In this document: positions 45,016 through 58,213 of the stretch, in pieces
How positions within the stretch are numbered: position 1 is the first letter of the stretch
Layout: every line of letters begins with the position of its first letter
Source: Phoronis australis
Taxonomy: Eukaryota > Animalia > Phoronida
DNA: 59,097 bases
Assembly: GCA_002633005.1 (NCBI GenBank)
Contig: NMRA01000082.1
Span: 163,866-222,962, forward strand
Direction of reading: 5' to 3'
Translations under genes and position numbers: made by a program
The notes under the pieces: model-generated
Databases searched by the model: none
Told to the model about the DNA's origin: nothing
What the model saw: the letters and a program-made list of their open reading frames with translations, nothing else

Positions 45016-45897
45016 TTAATCTTTATATTTAACAGTCTGTTCTAAATCTTTGACATTCACATCACACTGACTATCGAATCGGCCTCTTTCAGCAGTTCTT
45101 ATTTCGATCGCGTCCGTTGAAAAAACCTCAACGTCAGCTTTGATCGGGTTATGAATCTCCACAGTTGGATTACATTCGAACGAACCCTGGTCAACGTCTT
45201 CCAACACTGTAGAATGGTGTTCTGTCTTTGCTGTAGATGTCCTGTGCTTTATTCCGTTCTGGAGGCAGATTTTGGTGAAAACAGAGCTTTCAGCGTTTGC
45301 CTTTCTATATAAAGATGTCGAGCCTTTTCTATCATGAATCGCCGGTAGCTCAGCATTGCCATTGTCACCATGTACGTTGAGAATAACACTGTTTCTCCAG
45401 CTTGATCTCGCATTTAAGACAGGCCGCTCCAGAAAGTCCAACGCGGTCTTTTTCCTCTCATATTTTCCTTCGAAGAACGAGACGGTCCTTTCAAAATCCC
45501 GTTTGGCTTTCTCTGGATCGGCTATACTTTTGCAGCTGCTTTCGGTGACTGCCGCCAAGCTGTTAGCTTGAAGAGTAGAACTGCCGTCATCAGTATTCAA
45601 AACACTGCGGAAATCATCCTCGACGGATCCTTGGAAACGATTGATAACACCTCGGTCTCCTTCGTGCTTCTCTTGCTCTGGAGAAATACCAGTAAAGGTT
45701 TTTTTGTACCAAACAAGCCACACCACGGAAGCAACCAGTACTAGAACCGCAACTCCTCCTACCACGCCGCCGATTACTCCCCCGTGGAGACTCTGTATAT
45801 TCTTCGGTAAATCAGTTTCGGCAAAGTCTTCTTGTGCTTCATCGAATGCGAGTTCAGGAGTCGTGGTAGGTGGGGTTGGGCTGGCTGGTGAGTACAT
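45016..45897 (-). CDS. Uncharacterised single-pass membrane protein, paralog 1 (293 aa)
   Basis: Long ORF; hydrophobic GGVIGGVVGGVAVLVLVASVVWLVW followed by YKK; blockwise protein similarity to 48167-49036. Confidence 0.8.
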   Translation of the reverse strand: MYSPASPTPPTTTPELAFDEAQEDFAETDLPKNIQSLHGGVIGGVVGGVAVLVLVASVVWLVWYKKTFTGISPEQEKHEGDRGVINRFQGSVEDDFRSVLNTDDGSSTLQANSLAAVTESSCKSIADPEKAKRDFERTVSFFEGKYERKKTALDFLERPVLNARSSWRNSVILNVHGDNGNAELPAIHDRKGSTSLYRKANAESSVFTKICLQNGIKHRTSTAKTEHHSTVLEDVDQGSFECNPTVEIHNPIKADVEVFSTDAIEIRTAERGRFDSQCDVNVKDLEQTVKYKD

Positions 45898-48166
45898 TGC
45901 CCATTTCTGAACTCCAGCCTATTCCTCCTAAAAAACTATTTCTCTACGCACGTTTCACGTTCGAATATCGCGATAATGACACCGAAAGCACGTTTCCAGG
46001 GACTGTTGACGTTAAGTCACCGACTCGCTCAGTATGTGATATCAGCGAAGGCTTGCGATATATTTTGAATACTTGTGCAGTCTTGTTTTTTCTCGAAACT
46101 ATGCTTTCAGTCTACGGAACACATCCTATCGTTTTTAATCCGTTACAATTTTTCAAATCCAATTTGTTAAACTTTTTCAAGAACCATAGAAAAATACTCC
46201 AGTGCATGTTTTGCATGCAAACACGTTTTTATAGTCTGCCTTTTTATGACCAACATTTTTGTACCTTGAACCTAACCATGCCATTAAACGGTAGACTAGA
46301 TATGGGTTTTTACTCTGGTACTCGCGGTAGATATAAGTACTACTACAGGTATCAGAAATGAGATTCTCAGGGGGTTTTTTTATTGGCTAATGGTGTTGAT
46401 TACAGCACCCTTTACTCCTCAACATGTGTGACATTGCAAAAATCTCCCGTTTGGTTTAATCTCCAGACGATAGGTTTCCAAATCGAGGTTAAATGCAGCC
46501 ATTGACGAAGTTCTTTCTTAAGCGTTCCATCATTTTTGCCAGGCATAACGGCACGCAGGCCAAATCCACCACAACCCAAAAACGTATTAAAACCAACCGG
46601 AACTATCTTTATCAACGGAAGCCTCACAAACCTACTTTGGCCTTTAATTCCTGAATTCACACAATGTGATCAATCATCACCCCCACGCCAGCTTATTTTA
46701 GACAGTGTTTTGTTGCCGTTAAATCATCGCTGATGCGGTGATTCCTCCTGCTCCTCACAAAATGACCTTAGCTGGACGTTCGTAATAAACAGGACTCTTG
46801 ACGAGAGCGACTCTTGTACAAATCTGTTGACAAAGTACAGAGTTCTGTGAAACGGGTGGAGTGATGTAAATCAAAACATTTATACAGAATGCTTCTTTAC
46901 AGCGGTGTCTTAGGCGCTTTCCGGACTAATTCAAGCTAACGTGGTTTGCAGAAGAATGCTTCCTGGACCCGAGTTCTAATTTTTTACTTGAAATCGAACT
47001 CACCGTACTTTTGGGCGAATTCAAGATAAGTGTCTATTAGTACATAACGGGTTCTGAGGATGACTTTTTTAACCTAGTTTGCCGGCTCGAGTACGATAAT
47101 TGTCTCTCGGCGGGAAAATCTAGCCAAAATAGAGTGCTCTCATAGAAAATACACGGCGATATATCGCGGATTCTCGCAAAGATCTTGTTTTTCTAGCAAG
47201 GGAGGCACCAGCGTTATTGAACTTCACTCAGATATGTGGCCGTTCATGATTCCACAAGTACCCGAAGAAATTTGATTTCTTTAGTACTGGCACACTCAAC
47301 ACATGAAAAGAATTCTACGTTGACTCCCAAACTGGTAGAGATTGGGCAACTCGACCAGTCTGGAGAATTTGCCGGTTCAGATCAAAGACACCATGCTGTT
47401 GTGATTAATTAAATCACCCCAGACTGCTGATGTATCGTTATTTAGATAATGAGACCATCATAAACACATTAGGGGCGACATTAGTATTTTCAAATTTTCG
47501 CCTTGAAAGTTTGTAAATAGCATGTTTAAATAGTTCGTGAAAAGCACACGTGATTAGGTTTTTGAATTTTTAAGTGACGTGACTTTTGGAACCTAAAACG
47601 TTTGCCGGTTTAATATTCTGCAATAATATGGTCCTCATTAAATCTGCTGGGTGTGCAACATAATTGCGCCAATTACCAAACCACCTCGCAGCCGTTGGAT
47701 TTTGAAGCAAGCCATGTGCCATCTGTACAATTCTTGGAATGACTTTGTGTCATTTCATGTGCTCAGCTTGGCCTGGAGTACCGACTATCAGCTCCTCCAT
47801 GCCACAGTAACATCATTCTCTGAGCAAAAGGAAGTGGGGTACAATTCTTGGAATGAAAATTTGCCCTCATACTCATTTTCTTCCGGTTTATGTCCATTTC
47901 ACAGAATCCGTGAAAAGATTTTTCGATGAATATTCAGCTCAGTTTTTGATCAATTTCTTCTCTGATACCTCATGAGCCGCAGTTCTAGCCCATGAAAAAG
48001 TGGTTGTAAAGAAAAGAACATGCGTCATTGACATTACAATAAATACAAATTGTGCTCTTGATGAGAAGCGACCGTGCTGTTGGTGAGAGAAGGAGATCAG
48101 ATTCAAATGTCGAAATTAGTTGCATTGGAACTGGTTCGTTGTTTTGCCTTAGCTGCATCGCCTCCA

Positions 48167-49036
48167 TCATTCTACGTCATCTATTTCCACATTGCATTGG
48201 CTGTCGAATCTGTCTATTCCAATAAGCTTGAATTCTACAGTGTCCTTCGCGAAGTTCTCAAAGTCTGCTTTGATAGGGTTATGAATCTCTACAGTTGGAG
48301 TACATTCGAACGACTCTTCCGCAAATTCGTCTATCTTTTTTGGATGATCCTGGTCTTCAGACACCATGGACTCACGGCGCTTTAAGCCGTTACGGGCGCA
48401 GATCTTTTTGAAAACAGGTCTTCCTTCACTATCCTTTCGATATAAGGAGGTAGTGCAGTTTTCAACGGCACCTGTCGGGTCATTGTTGGCAGAAGCGTCG
48501 AAATTTTGAAAACCGATAATTAAACTGCTTCTTTTTGTCGACGAGGCGTTCTGGTTAACGATACTGTGTTCTAGAAAGTCCAAGATGGAAGTTTTACGCC
48601 CGTGTCTTTCTTCGAAAAACGCCTGAGTTGAATCATAGTCCCGTTTGGCTTTCACTGGATCGGCTAAGGTTTTGCAAGCTCTAACCGCTATTGCCGCAAG
48701 GCTGTTTGATCGAATAGCACGATGAGTGCCGTCGGCGCTCAGGACGGTGCGAAATGCACTTTCCACAGCTTCGTTTACGGTCTGGTCCACATCGATCCTC
48801 TTGTGTTTAGGTGTACCGTGGGTAGGAACGACATTTGGCGGGGATAGCGATTTCCTGTACCAAACGGCCCAGACTATGATAGCCGTGAGTCCTAAAAACG
48901 CTACTACTCCTATCACGCCCCCAATAACTTCCCCATGGAGACCTTGGATATTCTCAGGTCTACCGGTATCCTGTAGCAGCGCTTCAGCCGAAACGTCTGG
49001 AGTCGTGATGAGAACTGTCCTATCAGTTGGGTCCAT
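48167..49036 (-). CDS. Uncharacterised single-pass membrane protein, paralog 2 (289 aa from first ATG)
   Basis: GEVIGGVIGVVAFLGLTAIIVWAVWYRK TM; shares NSLAA, ADPxKAKRD, FFE, LDFLE, TSLYRK, SFECxPTVEIHNPIKAD, RFDSQC with paralog 1; in-frame stop shortly upstream of ATG 49036. Confidence 0.8.
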   Translation of the reverse strand: MDPTDRTVLITTPDVSAEALLQDTGRPENIQGLHGEVIGGVIGVVAFLGLTAIIVWAVWYRKSLSPPNVVPTHGTPKHKRIDVDQTVNEAVESAFRTVLSADGTHRAIRSNSLAAIAVRACKTLADPVKAKRDYDSTQAFFEERHGRKTSILDFLEHSIVNQNASSTKRSSLIIGFQNFDASANNDPTGAVENCTTSLYRKDSEGRPVFKKICARNGLKRRESMVSEDQDHPKKIDEFAEESFECTPTVEIHNPIKADFENFAKDTVEFKLIGIDRFDSQCNVEIDDVE

Positions 49037-50119
49037 GACCCACTGTTGCACCGCACTTCAAAACACTGTAGAAGTCATACTTGTGAAATTTTTGCTTCTT
49101 ATGTAACACAATCGCGTGCACTGACTGCAGTATGACATGGAAAGTGCACTTTCCCGCGTTTTTACGTAACTCGACACTCAATGATGGCTTGCACCCTGTC
49201 TGAACGCCAGATGACTTGACATCTTGTCAATATAAGCGACTCGAATCTGTAACATTTTTGTTACAGGGACGTGGCTACGCGATCATAAAGGTGAGAAATG
49301 ACACGGAGAAACAACATGTTAGGAAGCGCCGAAGGATTTTAAGCAAGCAGGCCTGTCTTCTGGGCGTTGGTGAAAATTCGAGCATATATTCTAAGCAATA
49401 ACGTGTCAACGGTGTTGACTGACGTGAAGGCCGTGGTGATAATTAATCGCATTTAAAGAGACGCAATCGGTTTAAATTTTATTGGAATGTCGCCTTTGTC
49501 TGTCGATCTTCCGTTCCCTGAAATCATTTCTGTTTGAATTTAATTTAGGTCCTAAACAGGAAAGCTTCGCGTGTACCTATGCGCGTAGCGCCTTAGAATC
49601 GCCAAAAAACATAAAGAACGCGTGATAAGAGGAGATCTAACGAAATCTCTGTAGCGTCCGAGACACAATAAGTAACTGAAAACGTTTCAATCAATTACTG
49701 TTGATGGAAGTGTCGCGAATATAAACACACAATCTATCAGACAAACTCACTTCATTTCTGAACTTTCGAAGACCAGACGGAAGGAAACGATTAATTTGAC
49801 CTACGGGTAGTCACGGTAATGACCTCAGTGAAAGAGACTTGTCTCTCCCATTTATGCCCATGAGCACAAAGCGCCAAAAGGTTCCATGACGAGTATCTTT
49901 AGCTGCGCGTTAAAATATGCACAATTAGTTTTTCAACGCTCAACGTACCTCCAATAATAAAAAAATAATTGCATGCGGTCTCACACGTAGGAGCAAATGT
50001 GCGCAGGCAGCGCATGTGGGCCCATTGCACTGATCACCTGGAACCATTTTTATGCTCTATTAATATATAGTTAAAACCGAGCTGAGGAGCTAGAAACCTG
50101 ACTCAAGGGTTTAGCAGTG

Positions 50120-50193
50120 TGACCTGGTGGGACTCGAGCCCACGACCTCGAGTAAAGACAGCGGACACCTATCACGGTAGGCCACATTGACTC
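50120..50193 (-). mobile_element. tRNA-derived SINE head
   Basis: Minus strand GTGGCCTACCGTGATAGG (A-box-like) ... GTGGGCTCGAGTCCCAC (B-box in a T-arm-like hairpin); no full cloverleaf. Confidence 0.55.
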
Positions 50194-51554
50194 GCCTCGT
50201 ACCTACAATAAGTACCGTTGGGTATACGTTACTTTTGCACGCTTACTTTATTTCGATGCGGGTGTTAGATTGAACTGAAATTGATTGCAAGGAATCGCTG
50301 AGAATTCTCTTATCGACCACACACCCTTGGCGACTAAAACTTTACTCGTCGTGACAAGTAATACCAACCGGCCTGGACTGAAGCAACGATAACCTGACCG
50401 TTGTTCGCAAGGTTGTTAGAAGTCATTTCCGATCCGAGTAAGGACTAAGATTTGAGGCCAATTTTTTAACATTTAGTGATGTAAGCCAAAAGTAATTTTT
50501 TGGCAGAAACCGCAGGTAAATATGTTTATTTTGTCAAATCGAGAATTTTTAGATACACGACTCTTTGACACCACGTCATATCACGACTGAACAAGAGTGA
50601 GTGAGATTTTTATGATAATATGCGAATCATGCAAATATTTCATTCTCTGAGTTTCTTTTTAGGATTGTACCGTCTTCACTTAGGAAATACGAAATACTTA
50701 GTGATACGAAAATGCAGTCACACGCAGTCGCTCACGGGCCATGCGTTAGCGACCTTGGACTGGTGCAATGGATATTTTTGCAAGGAACCTTTGGTCTAAT
50801 CATAGATTGTAGTCTTTGGTTTAATTAATAAACGCCGATCTTTTATATGAACCTGGTCCGAAGCAAGGTCAAGGTTGCTGTCAGACGATTGACAATGTTC
50901 TTTCAGGGATATCGAAGCGTAGCCGGCAGACATAACCATCCCTACTTCTTATTTCCAAGTTCACAAATTAACGTTGTTATAACCCCAATTTCTATAAAAA
51001 TTGATTTATTTTGTATCGTTATGAATTGGTCTCAAATTGTTTTTCAGTCAACAGATCCCACTTCTGTGCTTGGAAATAATTGGCCAGCAGTTGTGTGCCA
51101 AGTACCGCAATAGTAGTCTTGCCACCTTGTTCAGTTTCATTTTATTCTCCGAGCATAATACAATTGCCAGCATTAACGAACTATCAGCTATTGGCAAGAC
51201 TAAAATCACTTCTCATTAGCTTAAAGAACAAGTTGACACTAATTTTATGTCAGTGTGTGGTCTGAATCAAAAGTTAATTCCTTCGACGTAACCAAAGATT
51301 TTATAGTTACCATATAGTATCTTTGACGTAAGTAGCGGCTTGCAACCGCTTATAATCTATAACCGCTTGAGCAAGTCACGTTGTCTCCTCAATTCACAAT
51401 TACATCATAACCATTATAAACTTGGTGAACACTGGTACACTTCCAAACAAAATACAAAAATGACGTCAGCAGCCTTCAACTCCAAACCAGCGCATCCCTG
51501 AGTGGTCCTGAGACGCTGTAATAAATTATCTAGTCTTCCGAGCCCCATTTAAAA

Positions 51555-53021
51555 TTAGTTATATCCTTTCCACGCGTAAGAAGCCACGACTCCCATATCG
51601 TAAACCATTGACTTGGCGACTCTTCTATCTGAATCGACGATCGATTTCTTAGGTTGCGTCGTCATTCGCTGCATCTGAAAATTCGAAAAAAAATACGCAG
51701 CGTTCAAAAGTGTTTTGTACACCAACGACTAGCAAGTATAACAGAATACTCAAGATACTTAAAAACACAAGGTGGTGGTAATGGTGCTGGTGGTTGTGGT
51801 GCTGGTGGTTGTGGTGGTGGTGGTTGTGGTGCTGGTGGTTGTGGTGATGGTGGTTGTGGTGATGGTGGTTGTGGTGGTTGTGATGGTGGTTACAGTGGCA
51901 GTAATTGTAGAGTAAAGGTCAATTTCTCATGAATCGTTGCATTTCGAGCACGCGCAAGTGGTTATACGCAAGTAGGGTTGATGTTTAGAAGAGACCTTAC
52001 CGCATTTGCAAACATCGGTTCCTAAAATATCCCGGCGAATAAATGTGGATACGTCAGAGCTGCTGCACTAATTTGAATGGGGACGTTTCTCTCACAACTA
52101 AACAAATTTCCGATGGCTCAATACTTCCACGGGAAATAGTCCTCGTTCATAGATGTAGCATGCAATTGGGCTGACTATATTTTGAAATAGGCCTATCTGC
52201 GCAAATGTCCATACAAAAAAAAATTTCCGCAGCGTCAGGGCTTTTGACCTCTTGTGTGCTCTTGTAGTCTACTGAATACCAGAGATCAAGGTTGTGTTGC
52301 CGGGACCTCATCTACAAGTTTGCGTATTTAGTCAAATTTTAAAATATTTAGAAAAGTACAAATTTGAACTTGAGAAAAAGTATGTATTTCCTAAAAGCAA
52401 AAACTGAAGAAATTGATTGTGACCTTTAAATCAATCCGCAGTCAATTGAGTCACGTGACAAAGTCTTGGTACAAAAAAGAAGGGCAAAACAACGTTAGCT
52501 TTAGCACGATCAAAATGTTGTTAGAGTTTTCTAAATTATCATCTGTTTTGTTTAATGCAACCTTTTCCATAGAAATAAAAAAATCCTATCTTTGATAGCA
52601 ACTCGATGCAAATGTGAAACATTTAGAAACCAATTCCTCACAGAGTGTTTGGAGTACATGGATTTAGCTTAGAATTTGAAAGTTACATATGGATCTGACC
52701 AATCATTTCACAGATATGATGTTCAGAAATTCTGCAGATTTGACATTTTTAGGTCTTACATAACCTTAAACAATCTTTGACGACGTGATTTAACCATTAC
52801 GTTACCATTTTATCGTAGTCTTCTTTCGATATCTTTTTGCTAGTTCTTGTGTTCGGCCTTTCCTTACTCGACGGCACTTTGTAAAGTCTGTCAACGGTTT
52901 GTGCAATTTCATAATCAGTCATTTTCTGGTATCCCATTCCAAACTCGGGCTTTAGTATCGTCCCCCACGGTTGCTTGCTCGATTTAGGTCGCACCGAACT
53001 CCGAATAGTCGCAGACGACAT
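51555..53021 (-). CDS. Small uncharacterised protein, 2 coding exons, 111 aa (possibly cilia-associated)
   Basis: Exon 53021-52806 (MSSATIRSS...EIAQTVDRLYKVP...EDYDKM|GTAACG) joins in phase 0 to 51674-51555 (TTTTCAG|MQRMTTQPKK...DMGVVASYAWKGYN*). Confidence 0.78.
51771..51890. repeat. GGT-based 15-bp repeat in the intron of the small minus-strand gene
   Basis: GGTGGTTGTGGTGCT units. Confidence 0.85.
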
Positions 53022-55638
53022 GGCTACAAATGTAAGTTCGCATGGTACTTCACACAAAAGCAAATTCACACGGTTCTTCACACAAAATTAAAGCAAGCTC
53101 AAATGATTCTTGAATGAACAAGATCTTCAAATGACATACCATGGACACTGAAATTCAGATCCGATTCAAAAATTATAATATAATTTCTAGATGCTGCATG
53201 ATTTTTTTTTGTAATGGACTGTACTTCCACTCAGATAGCCAGATGGGTGAACGATTTCCGGATATTATTCAAAGAATTCTTCCAAGCTGGAGGCGGAATA
53301 CAGTCATGACATTCTCGCAGCATCTTTCGAAGAACGCTTGTTGTACCAATCCATTATAAAGCAATTATCAACTTCCATACTCTCAATGACTGGCAGCTTT
53401 GTTCGTGCTTGTTATGCCCGTAACCGAACACACTATTAATGAGTCTACATACAGGTGTACCCTGCGGGGTATCACATATGGCACCATTAACCTTTTGGGT
53501 GTCGTAATACGATCGTTCGCTGTGGCAAGTGGAACGTTACTTCAATTTCCACAATACGTATGTGATTTGGACCATTGTACTGAAATCTATGAACAATTTT
53601 ACGAACTTTTGAGCAAGAATCCGAAAGAAAGCGTCCCAGCAGTCGATTCCCTCGGCTACTCTTGCTGGCGACTTGTCAGCAAACTCTAAAAGATTTTTTC
53701 CGAAAAGTCAGTGACAATACATTTTAGGTTATAGCTACACATTACTTACTCCGCTTGCACCACCGCGTTTCCTCAGTTAGCTGCGTCTGAAACTCCTCTC
53801 ACACTCAAGTTTTGACTGGTGTCTAATTTGTGGTCACGATTCTCGTAAAATCAAAACAAACAAACACGCAACTACGACTGGTAAGGTCAAACAATGGAAT
53901 ACTAACTGTTTCTCGATAAGTCTCTACACTACCGAACTATCAGGAATAACATAAACAGTTTAATCTGAGTTGTCCAAACACAACATAGCATAATGCATCG
54001 TTCAATGAGACAGCCCGTTGTATTGTGCAAACAGTCGCGGTTGCTATTGAATGGTATAACTAGTCTTTTGTGTCTCACCTGAATACCTGTGACTGAATGG
54101 TATAAGTTACCGCTTTGATGCTGGCGATATTATGGAGTCGATTATATATTCTCACCCGGGATAACGCGCGGTTGTAACCATGGAGATATTGACAATCGCA
54201 TCAGATTTAGGGGCTTAGGGTTTAATCCAACTCTGGAAAACTGTCCGACTGGAAGAGCTGAACGCTGCAATCAAACCGGCATCGAACTAATCTCTTAAAA
54301 TCAGGGACCCCTGCACGTGACTATTACCGCAAAATCGCTTCACATAAATTAGTCCCTCGCAACGCTCATAATGTTTTCATACACAAGATCGCTTATCGTT
54401 TTCGCCCAGTTCAGAAACTTAACTTTAGACGTAAAAATAATTTATTCAATCCGCATTATCTTATCGCTAACCGGATAAGGCGGAGGAAAAAACGAATGCA
54501 ACATTGTAGACATAAGAAACCCCAGTATTCGACTGGCAATCTTGGTAACTGTCACATAAACAGTGATTTGAAAATCGATGGCAGTAATCAATGGGAGACA
54601 TTATTAATGATCAACCGATTTGATTTAAAATCAACTAAGAAAACACAATTTTACGGTTACCATAGAAGAATCAATGCCCTAAGTTCCGCTTCTCTGGTTA
54701 TGTAATCCGCTTACGTTACAAAACAAAGCAATATTCCATTGAGATGTTTTCCCGCCAAACACTTACGATACTTCATAAGTGACGCATTATTTCTGAAATA
54801 CATATTGAAATAATTTGATGCAAGTTTTGAATAATTCATATCCAGTGTGCAGGGGGGAGCATGAGTGTGCCTGTAGTGTCTTATGTCGCTCACTGTATTT
54901 AACCAAAGTTTGATTTTTTAGTAACCTGCAACTCAGATAAAACAGCCTGTCTGACCCTGCAAGTGCTTCGATAGCTAAAGAATTGTTGATTCTGATGTGA
55001 TTAGAATATTATGATAGTAAGAATCTTGGAAAAGCGATTTACTTTTTTAAAGAAAACAATAGGACAATGTTCTTGAAGGCGCTTATATTAACCATGTTCT
55101 TTTTAAATCACAAAAGGAACCGGTAATATTGGCACCTAAATTCACAAGACAAACGTTTACCCATTTCGAATCGCTCACCTGTGCATATAAGCAACAATTA
55201 CGTAAACCAAGGCAATTTCCAGGGGCAAAAAGTACACGGAAACATTTATTTGTGTACTGGAACTGACGATGTATTCGGATTGGTAGACAAGATCGTGAGT
55301 TAATAATTGGTAGCAAAGCAAGATCACAGTTTAGTCATCACTCAGAATGCACGAGCTATTAAGCTTCCATGTTGTACAACTGTGTAACGCCATCACTTTG
55401 AACAACCCAAGCTTGTTCAAGTGTAGTTTACCAAGCACCTGAGAATAAGATTATAGTCTCAGCATTCACAAAAACAAATGAAGAAAATAACTGATTAAAT
55501 ATTATATGTTTTATTAAAATATGCTACATTATCAAAAAACATAGCACTTCACAACAAGTGTTGTAATCATGAAATCATAATGTTTCTGAAACAAGCAGAA
55601 TACAATTACTTTCAGATGACTTACTGTAGCACACTACG

Positions 55639-55713
55639 CAAGGTACACATTACCATCTGAATGTATACAAGATACACATTACCATTCTGAAGGTATGCAA
55701 GGTACACATTACC
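55639..55713. repeat. ~29-bp minisatellite x2.6
   Basis: CAAGGTACACATTACCA repeated three times. Confidence 0.75.
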
Positions 55714-56237
55714 ACTTTGAAAGTGTTTTAATCAATTTGCATCATCTATCATGATAAAGTCAACCAATACAAGAAAATCATAAATAAAGACAACAGCAAC
55801 CTATTAGTGTGCAAAAGTGCCACTAAGGTTTAATACAGTTGAGTCTTACGAACGTCATATTTCAGGGTAAACCTTCTGCACCCAACATTGAAACACATTA
55901 TTCCAAAACATAAGCAACGGGAGACTTTCAGAAAGCAATGGGGCTGATGACGAGGGCCGGTGACTCAAATTGTGTTGCAATTTAAAAGTCTTCCACAGAC
56001 ATTTTTATAGATCGGGAAAATCTATCTCCATGCCTCCAAGAGCATAGAGCTATTCAATTAAGAATCCAGGAAAAATCACGTGGGGCATCCCCTGCTCTGT
56101 AAGCTGACAATTGACAACGGATAGATTCCACTTGGTTAGTCAGTACCAACGATTAATTGAACTTCTCATTGTTGGATGTACTGGTAAAACGATGTGATCT
56201 CTACTGCTATCAGTGCCATTTGGGAGGACCGCTACAC

Positions 56238-56481
56238 CATGGCTTGGAATGACCAATGACAAAAAAGTGGAAAATTTTCCAGGTGATTTATCATTCCACA
56301 AATAGGCTAGTGTGATAGAAATATTTTTTGTGTATTAAAATTTAAGTAAAATAAACATTTTCGCATGAATAAAATCAAAATAATGAATTTAGATAAAAAA
56401 GAGTAAACTAGAAATAATATAAGAGGGAATCGAAACCAAAAAAGAGGAAACCCTCTTTAAAGAAAAACATTCCAACCCCTG
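56238..56481. mobile_element. hAT-like MITE, diverged copy of the 30285 family
   Basis: CATGGCTTGGAATGACCAATGACAAAAAA ... ATTCCAACCCCTG; internal similarity to the reverse complement of 30285-30493. Confidence 0.7.
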
Positions 56482-58213
56482 TCCACAATCCTTTATAGAC
56501 GCAACATCTCTTGCATCTTTTCCATAACTGCAAACTGTTTATGCATTATGTAAATGCAGGGTCAATAACCATACTTACAACACCAGATGGTCCAACATGG
56601 CAAATTTCAAGTTGCAATTGTCTGAGACTCTGGCTTTAAACTTAGAGACCAGTCTGGCTTGCAGTGTTCATACCACACTATAAGACACGACCTCTGGCAG
56701 TAAGGTTTACAAGAACTCAGTAATTGGATACCAGGGTCTGGCTACAGTAAGAATAGCTGCAGACAATGTATTTTGGGGCTAGGTCACATGACACACCTTC
56801 TGGACTCAAACAGTGTTTTCAGTGTTTAGCTCCTAGAGTCAGGGGTACAGCCCATGTACTTCAGAGTCCAGCCTCTGTTCTTAGGTCATGAGACACGACA
56901 TTCCTTCTTAGCCATAGTGTTTGGTCATTTGATACAAAGCACGGCCAATGCATTATGGGTCTAGTCACACATTATGCCCAATGGTGTTTGGCCATTGGAT
57001 AATGTAGCCTAGCTCGTTCACTTATGTGCCCAGGTTGTATACTGTTCCTCTCTTCTGAAGAGCTTATTGATTGCCGACTAAATGATTCATGAATTTTCAC
57101 AACTTAGCGATTCACATTTTTCTGAACTTCAAAATTGACAGCATTGCCAATGATTCACATTTTTCATAAATGGAACATTCAGATTCTACAATCTATGCCT
57201 GTGATTTTGAAGTTAGCTAAACAAGAAATCATTTCAAGTACTTTCCTATAATGCAGTACACTGTACACCAAAATCACCGCACTCATCCAGGCAACTTTTA
57301 TCCAGGTATACGCTCTTAGTCACCTCAACACCGAAATTTTCGAAGTTTCATTTTCAAATGCTAGTCTCGGCTTAGTGACCACCCCATGTATAAGATCAAG
57401 ACTTCTTTAAAAGCACCACTGTTTTTGTCAATGTCAGTCTTACAATTCTAATTCCCATAATGCAACTGGCTTACTGTTGGACAACAGAGTCGGTTTCTGT
57501 GTCACCTTGACATATTCGAGTGAGGAAATACTCAATCTCAACTGAAGAAGACATAAAATGATTATCTTCGCCAAAGAGTTTCTCATATTACCCTGCTTAT
57601 GTGCAAGAAAGGTGCAGGCATTTTTGTGAGAGCAAAAACATTCACGTGAGCAAATAGATGGTTTGCTATAAGACCTATCCCTTACTTCTCATAAATTTTG
57701 TTTTAAAATGGCCATGCTCATCACTATTCTCCACGGATTGTTTCGACTCGTCACCCCGTCAAGTTTAAATTTTGTCGTTAAGAGTTCGTCTAAATTGAGC
57801 TGAGTGTGAAAACCTAAGCAACAAGTTTGAAGTATTGGGAGATTAGCCAACTCTAAAGCAAATTAGGACACCTTGGAGTTTTGATACCAGTTCAGTGCAT
57901 TTATTCCAAGGCTAACACACAAACTCCCACAATACAGATGGAGTTTTGAACATGTACATGAACTTTGTAATTCCAGTCAGCAACCATGATTATTGAAATT
58001 CTCACCCACTTTAGACAACCTGGGCACCCAGATGAGTACAGTAATAATTTGAATTGTATGGTTTACAACCATTATGAAATGAACCAACTCTCCTCTCCGG
58101 TTGATTCTCCTCCAGAGGTAAACACTATGAAAGGTACGGCTTAACTTCCTGTTCACAATATGGAACGTCTCCACCACACCACAAATGGATTTCGACACAA
58201 TCCACTTCTCTTC

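Noticed and set aside
50082-50097. CTGAGGA...GAAAC hammerhead-like core
   Set aside because: No stem II and no flanking stems I/III.
50120-50193. Possible tRNA gene
   Set aside because: Only A/B-box-like motifs and a T-arm; acceptor and anticodon stems do not form, so called a SINE head.
51654-51932. Gly/Cys-rich ORF resembling a keratin-associated or metallothionein-like protein
   Set aside because: Non-ATG start; a GGT-repeat tract inside the intron of the opposite-strand gene.
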